A stretch of DNA of 63,110 bases, filler included, from Octopus bimaculoides (GCF_001194135.2; 6 parts of 5 records of this genome joined end to end with filler, not necessarily neighbours in it), one strand, 5' to 3'; counted from the whole stretch's first letter, positions 1-12,510 are shown. Numbers and translations are program-made. The notes: generated by a model not told the origin, from the letters alone.

Positions 1-67
<67 letters not shown>
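1..67 (+). repeat. (TAA)n microsatellite
   Basis: Pure ATA/TAA repeat. Confidence 0.99.
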
Positions 68-70
<3 letters not shown>

Positions 71-2563
71 AAGGAAACGGGTGGAGCCTCATAGGCTGAT
101 TAATGATACATCTAGTGATGGTGTCACAATAAAAACACTGGTAATTGCGCAACCTGATGATCGCTACCTCATATGAGTGACAATGAAAAAACAAAATATT
201 GTGAATAACGGTGGTAAAGAAACTGAAGCCAATGATGGTGACAGTGTTACACCCAGTAGGCTCAGATATTCTGGTCTGGCTTCAACCTGTCGATATCCAG
301 AAAGGGACCACCACACGGCGTAGATGGAGCAAGCAAATTAATGCTGTGATCATGGAGTGTTACTACCTGAGCAGCCCGGTAGATGAAAATGGTGCTCAGA
401 TTAGGGATTACCGACAACGTATGTCTGATCATTGGAAAGAAAAGGGATTGTCTCACGGAACAGAGACTATGTGATCAAGCTAGAGCAATAAGAAAAAATT
501 GTTGTTTCACAGAAACCAAGTAAATAGTGGGGGAAAAAAAGTACCGAAGATGGGAAACCTAATGCAGAAGCTAGAAAGTTCTGGATAATATTTGAGATAA
601 GCCAGTCAATCATAATGGAGATGCGGTATGATTAAAGAAAGTGAGGGAAGAACTAATGTGTGAGAAGCAACCAGCTCTAAGATTAACTAGTGCATTAATA
701 AGTGAAGTGTTAGGGAAAATGCCGAAGGGCTCAGGACCAGATTTAGTGCAAGGGTAGTGGTTAAAGAAATTTAGTAGCCTACATGGCAGGCTGAGGGAAC
801 AACTTCAGGATTGCCTTAATGGAGGAATAATAACAGGTTGGATTACTAGAGGGAGAACTGTACTCTTCATGAAAGACAAAAGTAAGGGTAATATAGCTAG
901 CAATTATAGACCAATCACTTGCTTACCATTAGTGTGGAAGCTGTTAACAGGAAAGCTTTCAGAAAAGCATTTACGAGCACTTTGATAACCAGAATTTACT
1001 GCCAGAAGAACAGAAAGGTTGCAGGAAGAAGGCTCGAGGAAGACCTGATCTATCATACATAGACAAATCAGTTCTAAATGAAGTAAGACTAGAAAGAAAA
1101 ATCTAACAATAGCATAGACAGATTATAAGAAAACATATGACATGATCCTACACTCATGGATAAGTGAATATTTGAGTATGTTCAGTATAGCAGACAACAT
1201 AAGAGAATTAATTAGATTTAGCGTGAAGAAATGGAAAGTAGATCTCTACTCAGGTGACACGGTCTTAGGAAAAGTTAATATCAAGAGAAGCATCTCCTTT
1301 AGTATTTGTCTTATGTTTAGTATTCAGTTTAGTATTAAGGAAGGCAAAGGCCAGGTATCAGTCCAGAAATAGTAAAAGAAAAATTAACCATTTGCTCTAC
1401 ATAGAAGATTTGAAGCTTTTTAGTAAGAATGAAAAAGAGGTAGATTCCTAAATACAAACTGTAAGACTCTTCAGCAAAAATTGAGAAAGAGTACATCAGA
1501 AGGGTAAGGAAACTAATGAAGCCAAAGCTAAATGTTCCGAATCTAGTGAAAACTGTAAATACTTGGGCAGTATCGTTACTAAGATACTCAGCAGCTTTTG
1601 TAGATTAGATAAAAACTGAATTGGCAAAACTGGACAGAAGAGCTAGAAATGAATTCAATATGAATGGAGGACTCTACCCAAGGGCAGGAATAGCAAGATT
1701 CGCTTACCTAGAAAGGAAGTTGGAAGAGGGTTAATGTCAGTAGAAGACTGCACGGAGTTTGTTAGAGTAGATATAGACTCCTATGTTGGTAATAGTGAAG
1801 AAAGCTTATTAAGAGCTGCTAGCGTCACAACAAAACATAGGGAAACCAAAAAGTCAAATGAAATTAAAAACCAGAAAAATGAAGTTAAACCAGAAAATCA
1901 CAAATTACATCAAATACAGAATAGACAACACATCGAAAAGTGATAAATGCAGAATTTGTGGACAAAATGGTGAAACCGTATGGCATATAACCAGCCAATG
2001 TACACCGCTAGCCCAGAAAGAGTATAAGAGATCTCATGACAATATAGCAAGGATTGTCCACTGCAACAAGTATGGATCTGACAGAGCAAAAAAGTGGTAG
2101 GAACATGAATCCGAAGACATCATCGAAAATGATAATGCAAAGAGTCTATGGGATTTTATGATTCAGTGCGACCATGAGATAGAGAATAGGAAGCCAGACA
2201 TAGTGTTAATTGAGAAAGAAAGCAAACGATATAGCGTGCCCAGCTGACAACAAGGTATGCGATAAGGAAGAAAGAAAAGTCGAGAAATATGACAGGTTAG
2301 CTTGGGAGGTTAAGCAGTTGTAGTCGATGAAAAAGGTGGTAATAGTACCAATAATTGTCGGAGATCTGGGAACAGAGAGTAAAAATGTTGAGAAGTACAT
2401 GGAACAAATAGGGTCTGCAATAACGGTGGAGCACTTGCAGAAAACAGCACTGCTTGGAACCGCTCGAATACTCGAAAAATAATGTGTTACTTTAGTTCAC
2501 TGATAGTGAACAGCTGGCACCATAGTGCATCTCCAGTGTTGTGGAGCTGTACAAAGACAATAG
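68..2563 (+). mobile_element. Degenerate, near full-length R4/Dong-like non-LTR retrotransposon (RT + CCHC knuckle + REL endonuclease)
   Basis: Manual translation across frameshifts: N-terminal RRRWSKQINAVIMECYYLSSP; RT motifs GSGPDLVQG*WLKKF...NYRPITCLPLVWKLLTG (~725-950) and INHLLYIEDLKLF (~1385); CRICGQNGETVWHITSQC (~1950); LWDFMIQCDHEIENRKPDIVLIEK and KTALLGTARILEK (~2150-2480). Many stops. Confidence 0.9.

Positions 2564-2627
<64 letters not shown>
2564..2627 (+). repeat. (TAA)n microsatellite between two Dong-like elements
   Basis: Pure repeat. Confidence 0.99.
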
Positions 2628-3332
2628 GTAACTGCAGAATATGTGGAGATGGACAAGAAACAATAAATCATATTGTCTCTGGCTGCCCAGTCCTGACTAA
2701 GAAGGAATATATTCACAGACACGACAGAGTTGAGACCTACATACACTGGAAGCTATGCCAACACTATGGAATAACAACAGAAAAAAGATGGTATAAACAC
2801 ACGCCAGAAAAGGTCACAGAAAACGAGAAAGCAACCATACTANNNNNNNNNNNNNNNNNNNNNNNNNNNNNNNNNNNNNNNNNNNNNNNNNNNNNNNNNN
2901 NNNNNNNNNNNNNNNNNNNNNNNNNNNNNNNNNNNNNNNNNNNNNNNNNNNNNNNNNNNNNNNNNNNNNNNNNNNNNNNNNNNNNNNNNNNNNNNNNNNN
3001 NNNNNNNNNNNNNNNNNNNNNNNNNNNNNNNNNNNNNNNNNNNNNNNNNNNNNNNNNNNNNNNNNNNNNNNNNNNNNNNNNNNNNNNNNNNNNNNNNNNC
3101 AATTCTTATCATAGTAGGCGCATTAGGTATGATAAAAAATATTCAAACAAATACATAACAAAAACACCAGGACTAACAAATATACATAACATACAGAAAA
3201 TTGAACACATCCTACGCAAAACACTTGCAAAACAGTAATCATAAGAGCATCACAGCAAACCACAGCACATACCCAAGGCACACAGAGCTGTGCTCGGTAG
3301 TGCAGTGAAAGCACGTTATAAAAATAAAACTA

Positions 3333-3335
<3 letters not shown>
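2628..3335 (+). mobile_element. 5'-truncated R4/Dong-like retrotransposon 3' fragment from a second subfamily, spanning a gap
   Basis: CRICGDGQETINHIVSGCPVLTKKEYIHRHDRVETYIHWKLC...TENEKATIL before the gap; IIVGALGMIKKYSNKYI...HILRKTL and 3' UTR after it, ending in (TAA)n. Confidence 0.85.
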
Positions 3336-3396
<61 letters not shown>

Positions 3397-3413
3397 GTAA
3401 TAATGATAATAAT
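3336..3413 (+). repeat. (TAA)n microsatellite
   Basis: Near-pure repeat. Confidence 0.98.
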
Positions 3414-3414
3414 A

Positions 3415-3700
3415 TCAAGCATTAAGGACTAAGTGATGTGCAGAATAGACAACACAACCGACAGCGACAAATACAGAATGTGTGGTGAGAGGGGTTAGCA
3501 AATGCCCGAAATTGGCACAACGTGAATACAAAAGACGCCATGACAATGTGACAAGAATGATCCATTAGGAGTTCTGTGGAAATCACAGCCTACAAAGAGC
3601 AAAGACGTAATATGAACAAACCCCAGAATGAGTCACCGAGAATGAGAATTGCAAAATCCTGTGGGATGCAATGATCCAGTGCGATCACCTGACCAAACAT
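3415..3700 (+). mobile_element. Third R4/Dong-like fragment (knuckle to REL start)
   Basis: Nucleotide near-match to 13020-13330 (caagcattaaggactaa...gcaaaatcctgtgggatgcaatgat); encodes KCPKLAQREYKRRHDNVTRMIH and ENCKILWDAMIQCDHL. Confidence 0.85.
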
Positions 3701-4012
3701 TTTGAACTTTTTCGAAATTTTTTTTCCCGATGTTTTAGATGACGGAGATACCGTATATGCAAGAAACCACGTTTTGAAACTTTTAAATTCAATAAGCATT
3801 ATATGAAGAGATAGATGGATATGAATGTCTTCCTGGGGCTAAAAACAACAATAACACCGTCTTCTATAGGACCGCTACATTTAGTTGACAAATATATTTC
3901 ATGAATAAACGGATTGGGATAAATAAATAAATGAATGAAAAAGTTCAAAATTTGAAATTGGGGGAGGGTAAAATTTGAGCCCCTTATTAAACTTTATAAC
4001 ATTAATTATTAA

Positions 4013-5463
4013 GAGTCGTTACACGACTCAGAGTATAGAAGTTTGACCCAGTTTTGTAGAGACCTAAACTACCAAAACTCAGTAAAATCGTGCTATAGCT
4101 GCACTATTATATATTTTGTGTCGCATATTTATAAAAATTCTCGAAAATGTCGATTTTTCGAAAAGTTACAATGTTTTCTTTAAATCTCTAAGGTATTTCA
4201 CCTGGTTTCCTATACTTAAACTTTAAAGAAGATATTTTGCTCTTTATCTTTGCCTCAGTTGGATACGTGGATATATCATCGCGTGGAGGATGTCTTTGTT
4301 GGAACAATTCCCATGCCCTGCGTGGTGTAATATTAGGATCTTCCCGAAATATTTCCAGCGCTGTTGACTTGAATGACTCATGAATTCCACGGCTAGCATT
4401 ATATAATGTTGACTGTCCCTTTCTTTTCTTTGCCAACAAGGATGAAATAACAGTTCGAATTTCTGTTTCCGATAGTAAATCCAAACGCTCAGGATGTTTA
4501 CGTTTAAGTTCCACTAACATTTTACCTGGACCTCGTTTCATAGCTTCCTTTTCATTACCCAAATTAAACATATCAATAATTTCTTGTTTAAATGGATCCA
4601 TATACTTTCGACCATACCTATTACCGTGCTTTTCTTGCCCTTGCTCATCCTGTTTCAAATCCACAACATTCATAATTATGCTGGATCGCTTCATGAATGG
4701 GATCAAACATCTTAAGTTCTTATCACCTCAAATTGATGCTGTTCATATTTATCTTTAGCATAAACATTAGCTTGACTGATTAAATCTTGTTGACCTAAGG
4801 CTCCCTTGCAATTATGGATTTCCATTTTGTCGGCAGTTGCAAATTCCCTACGACATAAATTACATTGAGGAGGATTTTCATCGTCTGATTCCATATCCGA
4901 ATCATTAATATTTGATGCTACAACAGCAAGTCCAATACGATGCTTGTCAGGGATATTCCCCTCAACGCCATAAACAATACATTTTCTTAAGCTGCCTCTA
5001 CTTTTCTCTACAACACCAAAATCTTCAACAGTGTCTGAATCAAATATTTCATTTTCATTGGAAGCACAATCTTCTTCATCAGATTCGCTTTCACAATTTC
5101 ATTCATTTACGTCGTTCGTAGTGCCATTGATAAGATCGTATGTTGCTGTCAAAGGTAAGTTCGAATTTTTATAAACTGAAGCGGAATTTCTTATCGAATC
5201 AAACTGTACTTCCATATGATCACCTATGTTTTGTAATTTTCCAATTACCTCCAAGTTTTCCTGTTCAAACTGTTCAACAGCAGGCCTATTAATACCAACC
5301 AATTCTGCCACTGTATTACTTACACCGCCATCAGCATTTAAAGATCAATTAATTTATTATTGATCTAACTTTGACGTACAGATTATTTCATTAATTTTTT
5401 TTAACTAAACACTTTCAAACTTCCGATACTGGTAGAATGTGTCACATAGAACAGGGTTTACTC
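4013..5463 (-). mobile_element. Internally deleted Sola3-like DNA transposon
   Basis: TTAA (4009-4012)|GAG...CTC|TTAA (5464-5467); imperfect TIRs sharing agtat-gaagtttga; internal broken ORF with zinc-finger-like motif and a reconstructable GWA motif. Family assignment is from recalled Sola3 hallmarks. Confidence 0.62.
4188..5335 (-). pseudogene. C-terminal part of a transposase-like ORF, disrupted
   Basis: ORFs 5099-5311 and 4712-4894 are one frame separated by a single TGA at 5099-5101. It contains LNADGGVSNTVAELV, an acidic linker and CNLCRREFATADKMEIHNC. Two frameshifts lead to G*ARARKHGNRYGRKY...SETEIRTVISSL (ORF 4188-4706). Confidence 0.6.
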
Positions 5464-5649
5464 TTAACGTTTTGGACAAAATTTTGTATTTTAGAAGTTA
5501 TTTCGTCAGAAGTTACAGAGTGACAAATTCGCGTTTGATAAGTGCCAATACACGAAACTCTCAGCTTTTGACTTACTCTCTAACTTCTGCTGATGATATA
5601 TATACATATTACATATATGTGTAAAAATATCTCATCACGCAATCAAACC

Positions 5650-5845
5650 AATGAAAGAGCCTCTACCTGGTCTCTCGACATGCTAAAAAAGCAGCCAAAG
5701 TATCCCCCTACCTAAATCACGCGTCCATTGTATGTAATGTCCTACATTATCCCTAAAAAGACGGTTTGCTGAAGACTGCAATGTCTTTGATGATAGGTTG
5801 GCAGTATCAGGGTTGATTTGAGGACACATAACAACATTATGGCAC
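5650..5845 (+). repeat. Dispersed repeat fragment (SINE-like family F)
   Basis: ctctacctggtc...gcagccaaa...tttgatgataggttggc..atcagggttgatttga resembles 37645-37830; related pieces at 16560-16630 and 37860-37935. Confidence 0.45.
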
Positions 5846-6072
5846 ATTTCTATATTAGCACCCGCACAATTCCATTAATTTGGTGTGGGTGGGTAATGTC
5901 AAATAATTCAATCACAACATATATTTAAATTAAACACGAAAAATATTGAAATATTATCGTCACTTACATGGAAAAATTCAAATATTATCTTTCAGTATTT
6001 TATAAGGTAAAATCTTCAATTATTAATTGACACATTATTATCTTATAACATCAATGCCTGGAAAAATCATGG

Positions 6073-6564
6073 ATTACATGGAAAAATGCATCCATGAAAA
6101 GTAATATTCTTAAGATTATAAACCTGGAAAATATACAGGACAAGTTATTACACCTGTAAAAGTATAGGACAAACTATTACTTCAAGCAAAGTAAAGAATA
6201 AGAAACATTTTACTTAAAATATTGCAGATAAAATTAAAATTTGAATATTAAAACTTATTTTATTGTAGTTTACAAATAACACTATACTTATTTAAGTAGA
6301 ATTTGGTTAATTTACTACCTTAAATACAGAAAAAAAAGTAACTAATTAGACAAACTTACAAATTAGCTGAACAGTTTTGTACAATAAATTTAAAAGATGA
6401 GAACTGTACAGAGTGATAAATTAGAAGAACTGGCATTCTTTGCTGCAATATTTTAAGTAAAAAGTTTGTCCTATATTTTTACAGGTGTAATAACTTGTCC
6501 TGGACTTTTCCAGGTTTATAATCTTAAGAATATTATTTTTCATGCTCGCATTTTTCCATGTAAT
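6073..6564. repeat. Long imperfect inverted repeat (arms 6073-6227 and 6443-6564)
   Basis: attacatggaaaaatgc...taatattcttaagattataaacctggaaaa...caggacaagttattacacctgtaaaa is the reverse complement of 6457-6564. Confidence 0.88.
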
Positions 6565-7204
6565 ATAAAATAGAGCCGGAGTGAGAGTGACGGTAGAGTC
6601 GATAAATGACAAAGAGAACACCGTATGAATGAGAAAGGAACGGGTGATAGATGAATAACGAAGGAAGGAGTAAAAAAAGGCTGATAAACGGCGTTTGAAA
6701 TGTGAGTATATGTGTGTGTAAAAGAGGCTGCGAGCTGGAAGAGTCGTTAGAACACCGGGCGGATCTTTGTGGTTTTCGTCACTGTCTACAATTTTGGTCC
6801 AATTGCTTTTCAAATTTGGTATATGGATTAAGTTTTGCATACTAATTATGAAAATGAAATTCATTTTCCCTATAAACCCATAATTAAAAAGTTATTAGCC
6901 TTTAAAATTTAGCCAATCAGAAACGAGTAGTTTACACATCACTGTGGCGAAGAACACTGTTTTCATAGAAACCAAAGCAAAGTAGCACTACGTGTTCCAC
7001 AGCTGATTGTGAAGAACTCTGTTTCCATAGTGACCACTGATGTTGCGTATGCGAACAAGTTGTATAACCACCACGATTTGACTCTTATTTCTAGCAACTC
7101 GTAGCTTTGCTCGCGAATCTTTTAATGTTTTTCATTGTTTACTGTAGCTAGNNNNNNNNNNNNNNNNNNNNNNNNNNNNNNNNNNNNNNNNNNNNNNNNN
7201 NNNN

Positions 7205-7239
7205 NTATATATATATATATATATATGTATGTATATATG

Positions 7240-7273
<34 letters not shown>

Positions 7274-7320
7274 TGCATGTATGTATATATGTATGTATGT
7301 ATGTATGTATATGTATATAA
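7205..7320 (+). repeat. (TA)n/(TATG)n compound microsatellite
   Basis: Direct reading. Confidence 0.95.
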
Positions 7321-7466
7321 CTGCCCGAAACTGTAAGGATAATTCGGTAACTTGACTGATGAGAGAAACTTGCGAATGACCCGTCCTTGTTTTTTCCTGT
7401 GTCTTCGCATCGTCTATCTGCCCGGATGTTTTATTGTCATCTTTTGTGTTCTTGTTCCATATTTTG
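7321..7466 (+). repeat. Dispersed repeat, probably Penelope-like terminal repeat
   Basis: Homologous to the reverse complement of 36716-36895 (gaatgacccgtccttgttt, atcgtctatct); inserted between TA microsatellites. Confidence 0.55.
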
Positions 7467-7739
7467 TATATATATATATATATATATATATAAGCAATGT
7501 TAATTCTCTAAATGAAGTATTAACAGTAACTGCACGATAAAGTGTAGTATATTGCCACTTAAGTGTGGCTGACCCCTAGGGGTGGATGTTACTGTTGCTT
7601 TTAGCCCCAGGAGGACATCTCCTCCAGCTGGCTTATCGACACACGACTGTGTCCTGTTTGCCAAGGGAGTTATCCCTCTCACCTCGACCAGCAGCACGAA
7701 CGTATCCGGATTTCAGGGTTATTTCCCTTCGTCGGAAGG

Positions 7740-7980
7740 AGGATTGGCTCACTTATTAGAGTGTCGGGCTCACAATCATGATGTAGTGAATTCAATTCCT
7801 GGACTGAGCTGTGTGTTGTGCTCTTGAGCAAGACACTTTATTTCACGTTGTTCCAGTTAACTCAGCTGTAGAAATGAATTGCGACGTCACTGGTGCCAAG
7901 CTGTATCGGCCTTTGCCTTTCCCTTGGATAATATCGGTGGTGTGGAGAGGGGAAGCTGGTTTGCATGGGTGACTGTTGTG
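7740..7980 (+). mobile_element. tRNA-derived SINE, family C
   Basis: A/B-box-like head (tggctcacttattagagtg; gtgaattcaattcc), then tcttgagcaagacactttatttcacgttg; near-identical to 39750-39960. Confidence 0.85.
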
Positions 7981-9459
7981 CGCATACACGCATGTCCGAG
8001 ATAGGAAGTTTCACACAAGGGAGAGAGAACATTGCGTGAACGACATGTAGTGTTTCTTTTTGACTCCGCGTGTGTTGTGCTTAAAAACGTGTTTATTTTC
8101 TTGAATGTGATAAAATGTAGAATTAGATTATTATCCTGCTTCCAGCTTCAGTGATGCTGCCAGGATTTGAAACACAGGGCACATTTCCCCCCTTATTTTG
8201 TGATTTAGCGGGGAATTTTGAAAAGCAAGGGGGAATTCGCGGCGGTGTTCAGTGAGCAAATTAAACACACTACCCGGCAGTGGATAAAACGCGTAGCGAT
8301 CAAGTTTATGTATAAATTTCCTTTTTATATATTTATTTCCTTTAACACAATATTAAAACAACAACTAAAAATTTTCTGAAGTAGCATCCCAACTAATTTT
8401 GGTTAATATAAAGATCTTCACCCGTGAACAAAAAAAATAATAATAACAACTATGAAGAANNNNNNNNNNNNNNNNNNNNNNNNNNNNNNNNNNNNNNNNN
8501 NNNNNNNNNNNNNNNNNNNNNNNNNNNNNNNNNNNNNNNNNNNNNNNNNNNNNNNNNNNNNNNNNNNNNNNNNNNNNNNNNNNNNNNNNNNNNNNNNNNN
8601 NNNNNNNNNNNNNNNNNNNNNNNNNNNNNNNNNNNNNNNNNNNNNNNNNNNNNNNNNNNNNNNNNNNNNNNNNNNNNNNNNNNNNNNNNNNNNNNNNNNN
8701 NNNNNNNNNNNNNNNNNNNNNNNNNNNNNNNNNNNNNNNNNNNNNNNNNNNNNNNNNNNNNNNNNNNNNNNNNNNNNNNNNNNNNNNNNNNNNNNNNNNN
8801 NNNNNNNNNNNNNNNNNNNNNNNNNNNNNNNNNNNNNNNNNNNNNNNNNNNNNNNNNNNNNNNNNNNNNNNNNNNNNNNNNNNNNNNNNNNNNNNNNNNN
8901 NNNNNNNNNNNNNNNNNNNNNNNNNNNNNNNNNNNNNNNNNNNNNNNNNNNNNNNNNNNNNNNNNNNNNNNNNNNNNNNNNNNNNNNNNNNNNNNNNNNN
9001 NNNNNNNNNNNNNNNNNNNNNNNNNNNNNNNNNNNNNNNNNNNNNNNNNNNNNNNNNNNNNNNNNNNNNNNNNNNNNNNNNNNNNNNNNNNNNNNNNNNN
9101 NNNNNNNNNNNNNNNNNNNNNNNNNNNNNNNNNNNNNNNNNNNNNNNNNNNNNNNNNNNNNNNNNNNNNNNNNNNNNNNNNNNNNNNNNNNNNNNNNNNN
9201 NNNNNNNNNNNNNNNNNNNNNNNNNNNNNNNNNNNNNNNNNNNNNNNNNNNNNNNNNNNNNNNNNNNNNNNNNNNNNNNNNNNNNNNNNNNNNNNNNNNN
9301 NNNNNNNNNNNNNNNNNNNNNNNNNNNNNNNNNNNNNNNNNNNNNNNNNNNNNNNNNNNNNNNNNNNNNNNNNNNNNNNNNNNNNNNNNNNNNNNNNNNN
9401 NNNNNNNNNNNNNNNNNNNNNNNNNNNNNNNNNNNNNACCCACCCACCCCCATCCCATG

Positions 9460-9517
9460 GTCTAGGAACCGAACCCATGAACTAGCAATGGTGAGTGCAG
9501 CAGCTTAACCACTAGGC
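9460..9517 (-). mobile_element. tRNA-like SINE head fragment
   Basis: Reverse complement tgcctagtggttaagctg...gggttcggttcctagacc has A and B boxes; truncated by a gap. Confidence 0.5.
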
Positions 9518-11446
9518 ACACACACACACACACATACATACATACATACATACATACATACATGCCTGCTTATATACATCTGTAGTGAAACTAACACCTC
9601 TATCGCCATTATATACAAATCACCTCTCACTATAAATATACAAACACGCGAGCGTAGTAGAAAGCATCTTTCCCTGTCATCACCTGACTGATTAATATTT
9701 GAAGCGGCAACTGCTTCGTACCGTTCCCGCTAGAACGCAAACTGACCAATCACAGCCCTTAATAAGGTCACGTGATAGTGTTTTTCTAATGCCTCTCTGG
9801 AGTCCCTATTTTGCTTTAAATAGACTAAATTATACCCGGCAAATTCGTCTCGGTTCAGATCTCTTAGAGACCTGTTCCGTGTACCACACAGCAGCAGCAG
9901 CCAGCGACAACAATCACAGCTTCGTACAACTACGACTACCAGCAGCAACACGACTCTACGACTACTACCAGCATCGCCGCCAGTCAACACGACACTNNNN
10001 NNNNNNNNNNNNNNNNNNNNNNNNNNNNNNNNNNNNNNNNNNNNNNNNNNNNNNNNNNNNNNNNNNNNNNNNNNNNNNNNNNNNNNNNNNNNNNNNNNNN
10101 NNNNNNNNNNNNNNNNNNNNNNNNNNNNNNNNNNNNNNNNNNNNNNNNNNNNNNNNNNNNNNNNNNNNNNNNNNNNNNNNNNNNNNNNNNNNNNNNNNNN
10201 NNNNNNNNNNNNNNNNNNNNNNNNNNNNNNNNNNNNNNNNNNNNNNNNNNNNNNNNNNNNNNNNNNNNNNNNNNNNNNNNCATCTGTATTCCAGAACCCG
10301 GCTCGGCATGGAAGCCCTAACATCACGACGAGTGATCGCCCTGACACACACGCCTGAACTTCTTACATACAGACTGTTACTATTGTGTACTCTAAGAACT
10401 GGCAAATTCTTATATGTGTTACTGACTCTTTTTCTATCTGCTGTACCTCACGCATACACATACATGTATCACTTACACACTCTCTTTTCTTTACACGACG
10501 GCCTGTCTTTTATTATGTTTTATTATGTCGCATTCACACTCACACACAGACATACATTTTAATGCTACAATAAATAATACGGTTATTCATCTTTATCGGT
10601 TGTGTTCTATCGTCTTCATTACTGCCATTTACGAATTCACTATGTTATCGAAGTATAACATATTTATATATCATTTGATATATTTTTGTGTTCGACCGTG
10701 TGACGCGTTAAAGAAAGGAGCCCTGTTTTTTCCATTCGTCACCATTTCTCCTTTTTGGTTTGCACGGTCGTTCTTACACATCAATACATATACACACTCC
10801 CCTCATATACACATACACACACTGAACTACATTAAATTTTAATCAACATTAGCTGCTTTGCGGTCACAGAGATATTCCGAATGTTAAAAAAATCCGCAAC
10901 CATATTCCGTTCTTTACCTAAGACTAAAATATTAATACAATAATTCGTCTAAAGGGTGCTAATACAACCCTCCCTTTACAAAGTAAGAAATTACAATGTA
11001 CATATCAACATGGCTGCGTGAACTTAATTTGTGACTCGCAGGATGGACAGCCAGTGTCGTAATCTGAGGTACTTCAAGTGTGGGGTGTGGAGAAAGAACA
11101 TAAGCAGTGTCAAAGTACAGAACATCTAAGACTATAAATGATATAAACAGTGAATACTCTGAAAAAAAAAAAAGGAAACGAAGAGAAAAAAAAAAGCTTT
11201 AGGGGAGACAACTCTAACATTTTATTTGAATTACCTCCCATCATTGTGCTACATGGTCGTCTTCTGTTATTATGTTCGCTTTCATATCGAATTCTGCTTC
11301 AATACTTAAACTGCAAAATTATTCCATATTTTGCTTTTCGTATTTTCAGCGTTCGATCGTTTTTGGCACTGGCTTAAATGCAACATAAACAGCATTCAAA
11401 TCAATAATAGTGTTCGCAAGAAGATTCATCTTGCAATAATAATAAT

Positions 11447-11566
11447 CCTTTCTACTAGGAGGCTAGTCGATTACATTTACTTCAGTGTTCAACTGGTGTT
11501 TACTTTATCGCCCCTAAAGGATGAAAGGCAAAGTCGGTCTCGATGGTATTTGAACTCATATTGTAA
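11447..11566 (-). mobile_element. SINE family A, 3' part
   Basis: Reverse complement matches gagttcaaat...gactttgcctttcatcc...taatcgact of 45244-45470. Confidence 0.75.
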
Positions 11567-11699
11567 ACATGGACGTGATGTTTGTGGTGGAAGGAAGACC
11601 TGAAGGGGGGGGGGAGATGACGTCACATCGGTGAGAGAGAAGAAAAGTTTCCCTCTTTTTCCTGCTATCTGCGACAGAAGCGAGACCTGGTGAGAGAGA

Positions 11700-11878
11700 G
11701 GAGCTGGCAGAAACATTAGCGCGCCGGGTGAAATGCTTAGCAGTATTTCGTCTGTCTTTATGTTCTGAGTTCAAATTCCGCGGAGGTCGACTTTGTCTTT
11801 CATCCATTCGGGGTCGATAAACCAAGTACCAGTTACGTACTGGAGTCGATCTAATCGATTGGCCTAGAGTAGAAAAGA
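11700..11878 (+). mobile_element. SINE family A
   Basis: gagctggcagaaacattagc...gttctgagttcaaattccg...gtcgactttg; A-box and B-box present. Confidence 0.88.
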
Positions 11879-12510
11879 TAGAGAGAGAGGTCGTGACAAC
11901 ACGTGTTAAGAACTGAACAATTTGCCGGCAGTACCCGATTGCAAGTCGAAGAGCGACTTTATTTACATGCCTTCAAACCGCAACCTATTTTGGCACCTTG
12001 TTACCAACTGTGAAGATACGTCCGAGAAGTGGATTTTTTATATTTTTCTGTTGTTCTTGTTCTTAGTTTTATATATATACATATATATATATATATGTTT
12101 TTAATAATCCTAGGTAATGGTGCATATACATGTGCACGCGCATACATACACAATGACTTATGTAAAAGTTTTATTAAACTGTATAAAGAGCTTTCCACTT
12201 TCCAGTTCATTTAGTTTAGTTTATGCATGTAGTGTTTGCTAAAATGACTATTGATAAGGTTGCAAGACACAATGAAAATTTTAGGAAAATAAAAAGAAAA
12301 ATAAGTGGAAATTTTACTGGTGAGTGTGTTAAATTTTAAGGCACAATAAGAAAATGACTCTCCCCAGACACAACAGTATATTCTGTTGTGTATAACAAAA
12401 ACCGAACACTGCTAATGCATCAGTAATTTATTAATTGAACAAGGGGCCAGAATGTTTTATTAGCGAAAATCATTTCATCTAATTTGATAGTAATAATAAT
12501 AATAATAATT

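Noticed and set aside
8365-9485. Long ORFs spanning N runs (also at about 23.7, 27.1, 28.7, 42.0, 55.5 and 61.6 kb)
   Set aside because: They are open only because N codons translate as X.
11615-11630. CRE site TGACGTCA (also near 33310) as a regulatory element
   Set aside because: An isolated 8-mer with no gene or TSS evidence is expected by chance.
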